Notes: generated by a model not told the origin, from the letters alone. 64,000 nucleotides of DNA from an uncultured Bacteroidales bacterium (GCA_963808745.1 CAWEGX010000005.1:709582-773581), one strand, 5' to 3'. Positions 11,325-20,683 are shown, numbered from the stretch's first letter. Numbers and translations: made by a program.

Positions 11325-11371
11325 AAAAATGCTCGTTTTGGCTTGCACAGGTCAATACGGGCATTTTTTTT
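11325..11371 (+). terminator. candidate terminator hairpin after pgk
   Basis: AAAAATGCTCG (11325-11335) pairs with CGGGCATTTTT (11358-11368) with one G-U pair. The loop is 22 nt and a T-run follows. Confidence 0.4.
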
Positions 11372-11407
11372 CATGAACGATCTGTTCGATAACCTTATTT
11401 TGGTAAA

Positions 11408-12226
11408 ATGACTAAAAAGAATCAGAAAATCGCCATCCTGGGTGCCGGAAACCTGGGAACTTCACTTGCCAAAGGCCTACTGGCCTCGGGTCAGTTTACA
11501 AGTCAGCAGATCATCATGACTGAAAAACGGGAATCGAGGATCAGCTACCTCCGCAGCCAGGGATTCAGGGTTACAGAGAATAACCAGGAAGCCATTTCCG
11601 GGGCAGACATTATTGTCATGTCGGTTAAACCCCAGCAGTTTACTCACCTGGCTGAAGAAATAGCCCACTCCCTTACACCGGGCCAAATACTGATATCCAC
11701 TGTCACCGGGGTTACCCATAAGGAAATTGAAACTGCCCTTGGAATTCAGCCAATGGTCCGGATTATGCCCAATACTGCCCTCGAGATATGCGAATCGATG
11801 ACCTGTCTTGCATTCAAAAATACAACCCGTGAAGCGGAAGAATTTATCGTATCGATGTTCGATAAAATGGGTAAAACACTGATCATTCCTGAAGATATGA
11901 TGGGAGCAGCTACCGTGGTGGGAGCCTGTGGAATTGCCTTTGCCCTTCGTTTTATGCGGGCCATGTCGCAGGGAGGTATTGAAATCGGATTCAATTCCGA
12001 AATGTCACAGCTTATTACGGCTCAAACCGTGAAAGGCGCAGCCCGGCTTATCATTGAAACCAGCAACCATCCCGAAAGCGAAATTGATAAGGTAACCACC
12101 CCCCAGGGAATAACCATTTCCGGATTGAATGAAATGGAACACCAGGGCCTAAGCTCTGCCGTGATCCGGGGACTGATCACTTCGTTCAACAAACTGGAGA
12201 ATCTATCCGGCAAAACGCATAAGTAG
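11408..12226 (+). CDS. proC: pyrroline-5-carboxylate reductase
   Basis: Intact 272-aa ORF with IAILGAGNLG Rossmann motif, SVKPQ, and C-terminal TTPQGITISGL. Confidence 0.9.
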   Translation: MTKKNQKIAILGAGNLGTSLAKGLLASGQFTSQQIIMTEKRESRISYLRSQGFRVTENNQEAISGADIIVMSVKPQQFTHLAEEIAHSLTPGQILISTVTGVTHKEIETALGIQPMVRIMPNTALEICESMTCLAFKNTTREAEEFIVSMFDKMGKTLIIPEDMMGAATVVGACGIAFALRFMRAMSQGGIEIGFNSEMSQLITAQTVKGAARLIIETSNHPESEIDKVTTPQGITISGLNEMEHQGLSSAVIRGLITSFNKLENLSGKTHK

Positions 12227-12227
12227 C

Positions 12228-12363
12228 CGGTATTCGGTAATCGGTATATCGGTAATCGGTGATACTGGATACTAGATGCTGGATGCACTAGATGCTGTAT
12301 GCAGAATCAAGGCAATGCTTGACTTACGTATCCAGTATCTAGTATCCAGTATCCAGTATCTTC
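12228..12363. repeat. heptanucleotide tandem-repeat palindromic element R1
   Basis: About 19 units: (CGGTAAT-like)x5, (ACTGGAT/GCTGGAT-like)x6, core CAAGGCAATGCTTG, (TATCCAG/TATCTAG)x5. A 17-bp perfect inverted repeat links GATACTGGATACTAGAT (12261-12277) with ATCTAGTATCCAGTATC (12337-12353). Confidence 0.8.
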
Positions 12364-12406
12364 TTCCATCAATTTGGCGTAAATTTGCATTTTCAAACGA
12401 ATTGCC

Positions 12407-13248
12407 ATGATTAAAATTGAAAATTTTCCCCAATACCTCCTTGAACAATATCATAGTTTCAGGAAGGAAGTCCCTTCTATGACCAAGTCACATGAATTTA
12501 TCGATAACCTGATATATTTTCTGTTTCCCTTTAAGATCGATAAAAAGTGCACCCTGCCTTTGATTGAGTTAAACCTGGCCCAGCTTGCAGCTTGATTTCA
12601 AGGAACTGCTCAATCCGCTTGAACCGATACTCAATGAATCTGTCAACCAGATCAATGACAAGTTTTTTTCCAAAATACCTTCCATCTACAAAAACCTTGT
12701 AAATGATGCCCAGTTGTTTGTTGATTTTGATCCTGCAGCCCGTTCCCGTGAAAGTGTCATCCTGTATTATCCCGGTTTTTATGCCATTGCGGTATACCGG
12801 CTGTCACATGAGCTATATGAGTTGAAAATTCCCTACCTGCCCAGGATGATATCGCGAATTCGCCCACAGCAAAACGGGTATCGATATCCATCCCGGTGCC
12901 GTGATCGGTGAGCATTTTTTTATTGATCACGGAACCGGAATTGTAATTGGTGAAACAACCAACATTGGAAATAATGTGAAGATATACCAGGGCGTTACCC
13001 TTGGAGCCGCCTCAGTGGATAAAAGCATGAAGGGTAAAAAGAGACATCCAACCCTGGGGGATAATGTGATCGTTTATTCAGGAAGTACCATTCTGGGTGG
13101 AGACACGGTTATTGGACATGATACGGTTGTGGGCGGAAACGTTTGGCTTACGAAAAGTGTACCTCCTTATTCAGTGGTTTACCACGAAAGCCAGGTTGTA
13201 ATCCGCGACAACAAGGAATACCCGAATCCCGTAAATTTCGTGATTTAG
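12407..13248 (+). pseudogene. cysE: serine O-acetyltransferase, 2 frame breaks
   Basis: Three ORF fragments (12407-12595, 12585-12911, 12901-13248). The joined translation gives ...YPGFYAIAVYRLSHELY...[35 protein letters not shown]..., the hexapeptide-repeat SAT signature. Confidence 0.8.
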
Positions 13249-13267
13249 TTAATTGACGGATATCGCT

Positions 13268-13292
13268 AGAGACAAGGCAATGCCTTGTCTCT
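13268..13292. terminator. perfect 12-bp-arm palindrome between convergent cysE and the SGNH hydrolase gene (bidirectional terminator candidate)
   Basis: AGAGACAAGGCA a TGCCTTGTCTCT. It shares the CAAGGCAATGC core with element R1. There is no flanking T-run. Confidence 0.5.
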
Positions 13293-13295
13293 CAA

Positions 13296-13344
13296 CAGTA
13301 TTCCGATTACATTACCGATTACTGATTACCGATCACCGATTACC
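13296..13344. repeat. heptanucleotide repeat array R2 (CCGATTA-type)
   Basis: CAGTATT CCGATTA CATTACCGATTA CTGATTA CCGATCA CCGATTA CC. This is the reverse complement of the CGGTAAT family at the left end of R1. It overlaps the last codons of the SGNH hydrolase ORF. Confidence 0.7.
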
Positions 13345-14009
13345 TTTCCAAGTTCTTTCTTAATAATCCCTGTCCATACAGCATATCCCTCCTCATTCAG
13401 GTGCAAACGGTCGGGACGAAACAATTCATCTTTTGGAAGTCCGGATGAACTAAGGAATTCCTTTTTCGTACTGATGAAATAGATATTTTCCTCTTTTTTA
13501 CAGGCCTCTTGTATTAGCATATTTGCCTTATCGATCTGTGGCCAGGATTTCCATCTCAGCCCGGTGGGCGTAATGGCTATCCAGAAAACAGGTGTTTCCG
13601 GAAATTTTTCCCGGATCGTATTTATTACATTCAGAAACAAATCACGAACTTCTTCCGGCGTTTTGTCAGCCTCAGAACCTGTTATATCATTGGCAACGAA
13701 AAGTACGATGGCTCTGCAGGGATGCGGATAAATTATCCTGTCGGCAAAAACCGAAAAATCACTTAGCCTTGCCCCGCCATAACCGCGCTGAATAACCGGG
13801 TAGGGTGCCATGTCATTTGCCAGGGAAGACCATAACCGAATGCTGGAACTGCCTGCAAATAAGACCGCACTGGCCGGATAGGTTTCCACACTATCCAGGT
13901 GCTCGAATTTTCGGATATCCTTTTCCCAAACATTGGTTTCAGGAGATTGTGCGATCGATGGAAAACAAATAAAGGCATTAAGCAACCATATTATCAAAAT
14001 CCTAGGCAT
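13326..14009 (-). CDS. SGNH/GDSL-family hydrolase (secreted)
   Basis: 227-aa ORF with a signal peptide and SGNH blocks (FAGSSSIRLW, GYGGARLSD, VANDITG, DRLHLNEEGY). Confidence 0.75.
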   Translation of the reverse strand: MPRILIIWLLNAFICFPSIAQSPETNVWEKDIRKFEHLDSVETYPASAVLFAGSSSIRLWSSLANDMAPYPVIQRGYGGARLSDFSVFADRIIYPHPCRAIVLFVANDITGSEADKTPEEVRDLFLNVINTIREKFPETPVFWIAITPTGLRWKSWPQIDKANMLIQEACKKEENIYFISTKKEFLSSSGLPKDELFRPDRLHLNEEGYAVWTGIIKKELGKVIGDR

Positions 14010-14021
14010 ATCCGGTAGGTT

Positions 14022-14420
14022 TTAGTCTGATGAAGTAAGATATTTTTCTATATCTGTTTGACATACAACCAGATATGTAATGTCCTGCCTTGTAGTAAAA
14101 GTTCCGATGAAACCTTTGGAAAGCATGTCATCTTTGAGATCAGGCAAAACAGAATTGAACAACAGGATACTCTTGTTTATCTTAATGGCATTGGAGTCAC
14201 TCAGATAAACTATACGGCATCTATCCCCTTTGCTTTCATGCATCTCAGTCAGTTGTGCAATTTTGGCAGTAATGTGTTTCCCCGAACCGGCATCAATAAT
14301 CAGATATCGAACGGAATCGCCCGTTTCGGCCCAGGTAAATGCCTTTCCCTTCCGGTACTGACAACCCGGTATAAGAAAAAATACTAATAGCAATCCGACA
14401 CAGACAATTCCGTTTTTCAT
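14022..14420 (-). CDS. hypothetical lipoprotein
   Basis: Start chosen at MKNGIVCVGLLLVFFLIPGC (lipobox), which avoids overlap with the upstream gene. No family recognised. Confidence 0.45.
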   Translation of the reverse strand: MKNGIVCVGLLLVFFLIPGCQYRKGKAFTWAETGDSVRYLIIDAGSGKHITAKIAQLTEMHESKGDRCRIVYLSDSNAIKINKSILLFNSVLPDLKDDMLSKGFIGTFTTRQDITYLVVCQTDIEKYLTSSD

Positions 14421-14433
14421 CGCATATCGGTTC

Positions 14434-15270
14434 TTATTGGATTTTCCGGATAACCCTTTGGATATAATCAGTTGCAATGGCTTCCTTTTCCGTGTTTATT
14501 ACCCCCACCAGGTAGTTTCCTTTCTTCTCCATGAAAAGCGTACCATTATAAGGGTCTTTGGCAATGATCAGGCTTTCTTTCATCTGCGGCTTTTCGTCCT
14601 TCAGCATTTTAAAATATTCATCCAGCATATGCTGCAATTCTTCAGGTGTATCCTTTATGATGAACAATTGAAATTCGGCTTCAGTCTTATACCTGGTAGT
14701 AAAAGCAGAATGAAGAAAGCTATATCCCAGGAAGTTTTGGGCAATATATGTATCCGACAGATTTTCCTTTCCTTCTTCGGGAAAAAGTTTTAGAACATCA
14801 GGCATTCCTTCAGGCTGGGCCAGCATCTCATCGATTTTGCCAGCCAGCAGTGCAATTGCATTTTCCTCTGCTTCAACTGCCCCGGCCGACATGATTTTTA
14901 CATAATAGTTACCGGCCAGAAAATTAAGCACTCCCTGGCTTTTGTATCCCTGTGATCCGACAGAAACCTGCGGATAATCCGGCATGCGTTCCGCTGTATA
15001 AATGCCAAAAGCATTGTCAGGAGTAGATTGCCTGTAAAGTTCCACACGGATGATCTGATCCTTGTTGCGATATTCTGCAATACGCAGGTCCTTGAAATCA
15101 TAGCTCAGGAAAATATCGGCTGCCCCGTCAATTAATTCCCAGAGATCCTTGCCGGTATATATCCTTTGATCTTCTTGCATTTTCCAACCTGCAAAATCAG
15201 GAAAAACCACATTCCCCTGCATAGGCACAAGGGAAAGCAAAAACATACAAAGGAAAATTATTCTTTTCAT
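14434..15270 (-). CDS. hypothetical secreted protein
   Basis: Intact 278-aa ORF with signal peptide MKRIIFLCMFLLSLVPMQG. No family recognised with confidence. Confidence 0.5.
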   Translation of the reverse strand: MKRIIFLCMFLLSLVPMQGNVVFPDFAGWKMQEDQRIYTGKDLWELIDGAADIFLSYDFKDLRIAEYRNKDQIIRVELYRQSTPDNAFGIYTAERMPDYPQVSVGSQGYKSQGVLNFLAGNYYVKIMSAGAVEAEENAIALLAGKIDEMLAQPEGMPDVLKLFPEEGKENLSDTYIAQNFLGYSFLHSAFTTRYKTEAEFQLFIIKDTPEELQHMLDEYFKMLKDEKPQMKESLIIAKDPYNGTLFMEKKGNYLVGVINTEKEAIATDYIQRVIRKIQ

Positions 15271-15294
15271 GATGTTAAATAGAGTTTGAGTATT

Positions 15295-16506
15295 TTACAA
15301 AGATGCAATTAAATCGCGGGGTACTCCCATCAAACGGCTTACATCTGCTATTCGTTCCTTCACGGGAAAACCCTTGACACAGCTAACCTCACAACCGGTG
15401 CAATCACCACATGGATTAGCCGCAACAGCCAATTCATCCAGTAAAACAGAAGCCTTTTCTGCCTGCCTGTATCCATATGTATACATAAACGCACGCATCA
15501 GTTCATTCACCGGCAAACGCTTTTTGCATTGGGGAAGACATTCTCCGCAACCGTCACAGTATAATCCCGTAAGTAGTTTTGAAGCTTCCAGGTCGGCCTT
15601 TTCCTGTTCGGTCATCTCAAGGTTTTCCATAACCGAGAAATTCTGATTCATCTGATCGAATGTAACAATGCCCGGAATAGCAGTGCAGATATTCTTATCC
15701 TGCATTACCCACTTCAGGGCGGCCACACAGTTTATGGGATGCATCCTTTCCTTATCAGAAAATCCGCCGGCCATCGTTTTCATGGCTACAATACCGATAC
15801 CTTTTTCTGCTGCCAGCGCAATTTTTTCCCTGATTTTATCACCATGACCCTGCGCAAAATTGATGGTGGTCAGCACAACATCATAAAAATTGCTGTCAAT
15901 TGCGGCCTGGATGATATCGGGTTCATTTTTATGCGTCGACATTCCGACAAATCGCACCTTGCCCTGCTTTTTCAGTTCACTGAAAGCTTCCAGCATCTGG
16001 GGAGCCATGGCAGTTTTCGGATTTGACACACCATGAAAATAAAGTATATCAACATACTTCATCTGCAGCCTTTTCAGACTCAAATCAAATTTGGTCAGAA
16101 TGTTTTCCCTGGTGGCACCGGGGCCAAGCTCACCTGTCTCCCGGTTCACATCGTCGGGAGCCACCTTTGATGCCAGAACAAAAGATTCCCGGGGAACTTC
16201 TTTAAAGAGTTCACCGAGCATGGTCTCATTTCTTCCTTCCTGATAACCATGAGCCGTGTCAAAATGCACAAACCCCTTTTGAAAAGCTGATTTTACAAGG
16301 GAAGGATTGTCTGACCGCATCACCCCGAAACTTACAACCGGAAGTTCAATTCCCGTTTTACCCAGTTTACGGCGGATGATTACCGGCTCAATGTCTTTGG
16401 ACTGATGCTGTTTTGCCAGGGCACTTGTACTGATTAAAGCACCGGCTGTTCCCAATACAGAGGATTTCAGAAATCCCCTGCGGTTCACTTGCAGCTTTTT
16501 ATTCAT
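15295..16506 (-). CDS. Tat-signal aldo/keto reductase with a C-terminal 2x[4Fe-4S]-type Cys domain
   Basis: Start chosen at MNKKLQVNRRGFLKSSVLGTAGAL (twin-arginine motif). AKR body (FDTAHGYQEGRNE..., HG..). C-terminal CDGCGECLPQC and CGDCTGCEVSC both fit CxxCxxCxxxC. Confidence 0.8.
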   Translation of the reverse strand: MNKKLQVNRRGFLKSSVLGTAGALISTSALAKQHQSKDIEPVIIRRKLGKTGIELPVVSFGVMRSDNPSLVKSAFQKGFVHFDTAHGYQEGRNETMLGELFKEVPRESFVLASKVAPDDVNRETGELGPGATRENILTKFDLSLKRLQMKYVDILYFHGVSNPKTAMAPQMLEAFSELKKQGKVRFVGMSTHKNEPDIIQAAIDSNFYDVVLTTINFAQGHGDKIREKIALAAEKGIGIVAMKTMAGGFSDKERMHPINCVAALKWVMQDKNICTAIPGIVTFDQMNQNFSVMENLEMTEQEKADLEASKLLTGLYCDGCGECLPQCKKRLPVNELMRAFMYTYGYRQAEKASVLLDELAVAANPCGDCTGCEVSCVKGFPVKERIADVSRLMGVPRDLIASL

Positions 16507-16714
16507 TGGATTTACATTAGTTTTGTGCAAGTTAAACCATAATTTTTTTGGGTTCGTTGAATGACCTGCCTTTTTGGTGAAATTTAAATTCAATATAAAC
16601 AAAACTGCAGCCACAAAACTTCATTATAAGACTTTTTTTAATGAATTTGCGTTATTTCCAAGTTAAAAAGGACAAACTTTTCCTAATGATTTATCGTAAA
16701 TAGTTCAAAAGTTT

Positions 16715-16722
16715 TACTTTTG
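16715..16722 (+). promoter_or_regulatory. candidate -7 promoter element (TACTTTTG) for the serine hydrolase gene
   Basis: TAnnTTTG match 51 nt upstream of the ATG at 16773. Confidence 0.3.
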
Positions 16723-16772
16723 GTTAATAAAAATAAATTTTATGATGGTTTTTTCAATTTGTGGAGGGTGAT

Positions 16773-17999
16773 ATGGGGAAAAGAATTTTTGTCGGTGTCT
16801 TTATTCTGATGGTTGTTATGTTTGCCAGTTATGATCTGGGATCAATAAATGGTGGATCGACAGAATCGAAAAATGCTGTTTTTCATAGTAATTATAAACC
16901 CAGTGGATTTGATACACTTGTGCTTTCGTATGATGAGCACATCCGGCATCTTGTAGACAGCTTTCAAAGTCCGGGTGCTGCTGTTGCCATTGTCTATAAA
17001 GGCGAAATCATTCTTCTGAAAGGATACGGCCTTAAAAAAGCAGGTGGTGCTGATTCGGTAGATATTCATACAGCTTTCAGAATCGGATCTGTTTCTAAAG
17101 GTTTTGCAGCCATACTCACCGGAATTTTAGAAAAAGAGGGGTACGTTTCCTGGGATGACCCGGTGAAAAAATACCTGTCCTCATTCCAGATGAAGGACAC
17201 CTCATATGCCTCCCAACTGACGATCAGGCATATTCTAAACCATACAAGCGGTTTTCCGGCTCACACCTATACAGATATGCTTGATAACGGTTTTGCCTAT
17301 GATGATATCAAAACTTCCCTGGCAAATGTCCCGCTCATAGCCAAACCGGGCCAGGTTTATGGATATCAGAATGTAGTCTACAGCCTTATTGGAGATATTT
17401 TATTAAAAGCCACAGGCATTGACTATAACAGCCTGTTAAAACAGAAGATCTTTAATCCGCTTCAGATGCATGAAGCCTCAACTGATTTCGCTTCATTCAA
17501 TAATTCACCCAATACTGCATTTCCGCATTTATCGTCAGGCAAAGCATGGAAAGCCAGGGCAAAAAATGACCGGTATTATTCAGCTTCCCCGGCATCGGGA
17601 ATTAATGCCAGCGCTTCTGACATGGCCCATTGGCTCCTTGGGCTTACAGGATATTACCCCGATGTGATTTCACAAAAAACCATTCATGATATTTCAATGA
17701 CCACGATTCAGACTCCCCGGAAGTATGCCTACAGGGTGAACTGGTCGTCCCTTGAAAAAACCTATTATGGCCTTGGCTGGAGAGTATTCCAGTTCAATCA
17801 CCATGAGGTTGTATACCATGGCGGATATGTTGAAGGATTCCGCACTGAAATCGCTTTCGATCCGGCTCAGTCCATTGGTGTTGTGGTAATGTTTAACTCA
17901 AATACCCCTGCTGCTTCCCGCTGTATTCCCGACTTTTTCAATAAATATTACAATCTGCAGCAACCTGAAAAGCCCGAAAGTATTTTTGCTGCCAGGTGA
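16773..17999 (+). CDS. beta-lactamase-related serine hydrolase (class C / PBP4*-like family)
   Basis: Signal/TM N-terminus, SxxK motif (GSVSKGF) and YxN-like motif (YGYQN); about 408 aa. Confidence 0.85.
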   Translation: MGKRIFVGVFILMVVMFASYDLGSINGGSTESKNAVFHSNYKPSGFDTLVLSYDEHIRHLVDSFQSPGAAVAIVYKGEIILLKGYGLKKAGGADSVDIHTAFRIGSVSKGFAAILTGILEKEGYVSWDDPVKKYLSSFQMKDTSYASQLTIRHILNHTSGFPAHTYTDMLDNGFAYDDIKTSLANVPLIAKPGQVYGYQNVVYSLIGDILLKATGIDYNSLLKQKIFNPLQMHEASTDFASFNNSPNTAFPHLSSGKAWKARAKNDRYYSASPASGINASASDMAHWLLGLTGYYPDVISQKTIHDISMTTIQTPRKYAYRVNWSSLEKTYYGLGWRVFQFNHHEVVYHGGYVEGFRTEIAFDPAQSIGVVVMFNSNTPAASRCIPDFFNKYYNLQQPEKPESIFAAR

Positions 18000-18017
18000 G
18001 CCGGGTTTTATTGCTAA

Positions 18018-18798
18018 ATGAAAAACGCATTGAACCCGAACATGCGAATCTTTTTGATTTTGTCTTTGCTGATCCCTTTTTTCCAGACCGATGGTCAGCC
18101 ATCGCCCGAAAAAAAAATAACCCTGGGAGATGCCATTTCATTGGCTCTCCTGAATAATACCGGGCTTAATAATGATGCTGTTAAAAGATCCCTGGTTGGA
18201 AATGTTGAAAAAACATATTTCCAGTTGGTGTATGAAAAAAACAAGACCCGTGTCATTCAGCAGGAGGCCAGTCTCATGCAAAATATGGCCATTGTTGCTG
18301 ATTTGCGTTATGAAGCAGGAGATATTGACCTCCTTGAAAAAAACAGCTTGATATCCCGGTTTGCTGATGTGAATACATCACTTTCCAGGATGGAGGACGA
18401 CTTGTCTATTTCGCGCAATAACCTTAAGATCCTTTTGCTTGTGCAGGATGACCTGATGCCAGCGGATTCCCTGCTTATAATGTATGCTTTAAAAAAAACC
18501 GGACCATCCTGTCTCCTTATTGGACTCAACAGGACAGTTTATTCATGATAGAAGGAAGGAAAACCTGGAATATGAATTGAACAACTACTTTAAAAAGTTG
18601 CAGTATTTTAATATGGTGGGGCTTGGTCAGGCCGACCAGCTTCTTGAAATAAACAGGGCGAAATTTGAAAATGAAGATATTGATTATACCGAATACACGC
18701 AAAAAGCGGATGAGGCCTTCCAAATTCAGCTGGATTACCTGGAAACGTTGAACAATTACAATCAAACCGCCATTCAACTTGAGTTTTATGCCTATTAA
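18018..18798 (+). pseudogene. short TolC-like outer-membrane efflux protein, one frame break near 18530
   Basis: Signal peptide followed by ITLGDAISLALLNNTGL, typical of the OMF N-terminus. The total is only about 260 codons, against about 420-450 for typical TolC-family proteins. Confidence 0.55.
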
Positions 18799-19651
18799 AT
18801 TTTTCACAGCCCCTGTAATTGTCTTTCTGTTTCTCTGTTGTGCCGCATGCCATCAGAAAAATCCGGAAATGCCTTCAACCGTATACAGAACCAATGATTC
18901 TATCCATGTGGGATCAAACCGGCCCACCTTTATTTCAGGCATCGGAACCCTTGTAATCCCTTCTGCCGATATCGTTCTGATCACTTCACCATCGGCAGGT
19001 CTTTTAAAAACTGTTTCATTCCCATCAGGAAGTTATGTTAAAAAAGGGGAGGTCCTTGCCATCATTGAAAATATTGAATTTCTAAAACTGCAACAGCAAT
19101 ACCTTGAAGCAAAAAGTGAGTTTTTTTATTACAGTGAGGATCTCAAGCGGCAAGGTGGATTGGCCATTGAAAATGCCACATCGGTAAAAAAAATGCAGCA
19201 GGCGCAACGTGATTACCAGACCAGTGAGATCAGGTTCCGTTCCCTTGAAAAGCAACTTACTCTCATCGGCTTCAATACCGACAGCCTGGATGCCGATCAC
19301 CTGAAATCCGATATCGCGCTTCGCGCACCTGTATCGGGCTATATTGATAAAATAACCGTCCATAGAGGCAATCAAATTTCAGCAGGAGAAACAGTCTTTG
19401 TAATTGTGAGAAAGTATGAGCCTTTAATAGCTTTTGAAATGCCTGAGGAGTTCTATCCAAAATTGAAAACCGGAAATCAGGTCGAATTTTTCTTCCCTGG
19501 TGATTCCCTTATCCTTTATAAAGCACGTATTACATTTATCAACAGGCAGACTGACGCCTCCAGACACCTTGTCAAAGCCTGGGCCATTCCGCTGAAATCC
19601 TCACCCAGGTTCGTCCCTGGAATGCAGGTCAACCTGCGACTGCCGTTGTAA
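18788..19651 (+). CDS. HlyD/RND-type periplasmic adaptor (membrane fusion) lipoprotein
   Basis: Lipobox ...FLFLCCAAC. Lipoyl-like hairpin (GSYVKKGEVLAIIEN ... LRAPVSGYIDKITVHRGNQISAGETVFVIV) with a coiled-coil segment between its two halves. Overlaps the TolC-like stop by 11 nt. Confidence 0.75.
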   Translation: MPIKFFTAPVIVFLFLCCAACHQKNPEMPSTVYRTNDSIHVGSNRPTFISGIGTLVIPSADIVLITSPSAGLLKTVSFPSGSYVKKGEVLAIIENIEFLKLQQQYLEAKSEFFYYSEDLKRQGGLAIENATSVKKMQQAQRDYQTSEIRFRSLEKQLTLIGFNTDSLDADHLKSDIALRAPVSGYIDKITVHRGNQISAGETVFVIVRKYEPLIAFEMPEEFYPKLKTGNQVEFFFPGDSLILYKARITFINRQTDASRHLVKAWAIPLKSSPRFVPGMQVNLRLPL

Positions 19652-19750
19652 CGTATACCGGCAGCATTTAAAAAATATATTCCAGCCCTGTATAAATCGA
19701 TGCAGTTGTTTTATATTTGTCAAAAATTGTAAGAACCAACACACTATACT

Positions 19751-20653
19751 ATGGAAACGACTACCAACACCTATCAGAAACAGCCCGATAAAAAACCATC
19801 AGTAGCCTTAATAGTACTGGTTATTGTTCTATCAATAGCTGTAATTGTACTTGGCTATAAGTATTATACTGAATCCAAACACCTCAATCAGACCACAGAA
19901 GAAAAAGTGATTCTTGAGGACGTGAAGAGTGATCTTGAAAAACAACTTCGTGACATGATCGTGGAATATGATTCACTGAAGACCAATAATGATAGTGTGA
20001 ACGGTTTGATTGTTGTACAGCAGGATAAGATTAAAAATCTCCTTAGAATGCAGGCTTCTGATGTTGAAAAAATCAGAAAATATAAAGATGAGATGGAAAC
20101 CCTGCGTAAGGTGATGAGAGGTTATATTGTTCAGATTGACTCGCTCAATACCCGCAACAGGGCACTTACAGAAGAGAATACCCAGGTTAAGGAAAAGCTT
20201 ACAACCGTTGAAACACAAAATCTGAATCTTTCCAAAGAGAAAGAAATATTAAATACACGGGTTGAACTCGCTAAAGTGTTGTCTGCAAAAAATATCGTGG
20301 TAGATCCTCAGAATAAGAGCGGTAAATCCAATACAAAGGTAAACAAGGTTACCAAAATCAAGGTTTGTTTCACCATACGTGAAAATTCCGTGGCGGAAGC
20401 AGGCACGAAGGATGTTTACCTGCGGATTATCAGGCCGGATGAAGTGGTGCTTCCTTCCGGTAATGGAGAAACCTTTGAATTTAAAGCCGAACAGGTTATC
20501 TATTCCGCCAAACGGCAACTGGAATATGAAAACAAGGACATTGACATGTGTATATTCTGGGACAAAAATGCCGACCTGATCCCCGGTGCTTATACAGTGA
20601 TATTATATGCTGAAGGTTATGAGGTTGGTTCTGCTACATTTACGCTGAAATAG
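19751..20653 (+). CDS. hypothetical membrane-anchored coiled-coil protein with a C-terminal beta domain
   Basis: Intact 300-aa ORF: one N-terminal TM (VALIVLVIVLSIAVIVLGY), a heptad-rich region of about 130 aa, then a beta-rich C-terminus. Confidence 0.6.
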   Translation: METTTNTYQKQPDKKPSVALIVLVIVLSIAVIVLGYKYYTESKHLNQTTEEKVILEDVKSDLEKQLRDMIVEYDSLKTNNDSVNGLIVVQQDKIKNLLRMQASDVEKIRKYKDEMETLRKVMRGYIVQIDSLNTRNRALTEENTQVKEKLTTVETQNLNLSKEKEILNTRVELAKVLSAKNIVVDPQNKSGKSNTKVNKVTKIKVCFTIRENSVAEAGTKDVYLRIIRPDEVVLPSGNGETFEFKAEQVIYSAKRQLEYENKDIDMCIFWDKNADLIPGAYTVILYAEGYEVGSATFTLK

Positions 20654-20683
20654 TCTTTATCAGAAATCCTATACTGCTAAAAG

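Noticed and set aside
12022-13482. Small ORFs running through the heptamer repeat elements (12022-12288, 12272-12454, 13285-13482), which give periodic peptides such as ...PITLPITDYRSPIT...
   Set aside because: Their periodic amino-acid patterns are just translations of the DNA heptamers. They lack plausible starts and overlap better-supported features.
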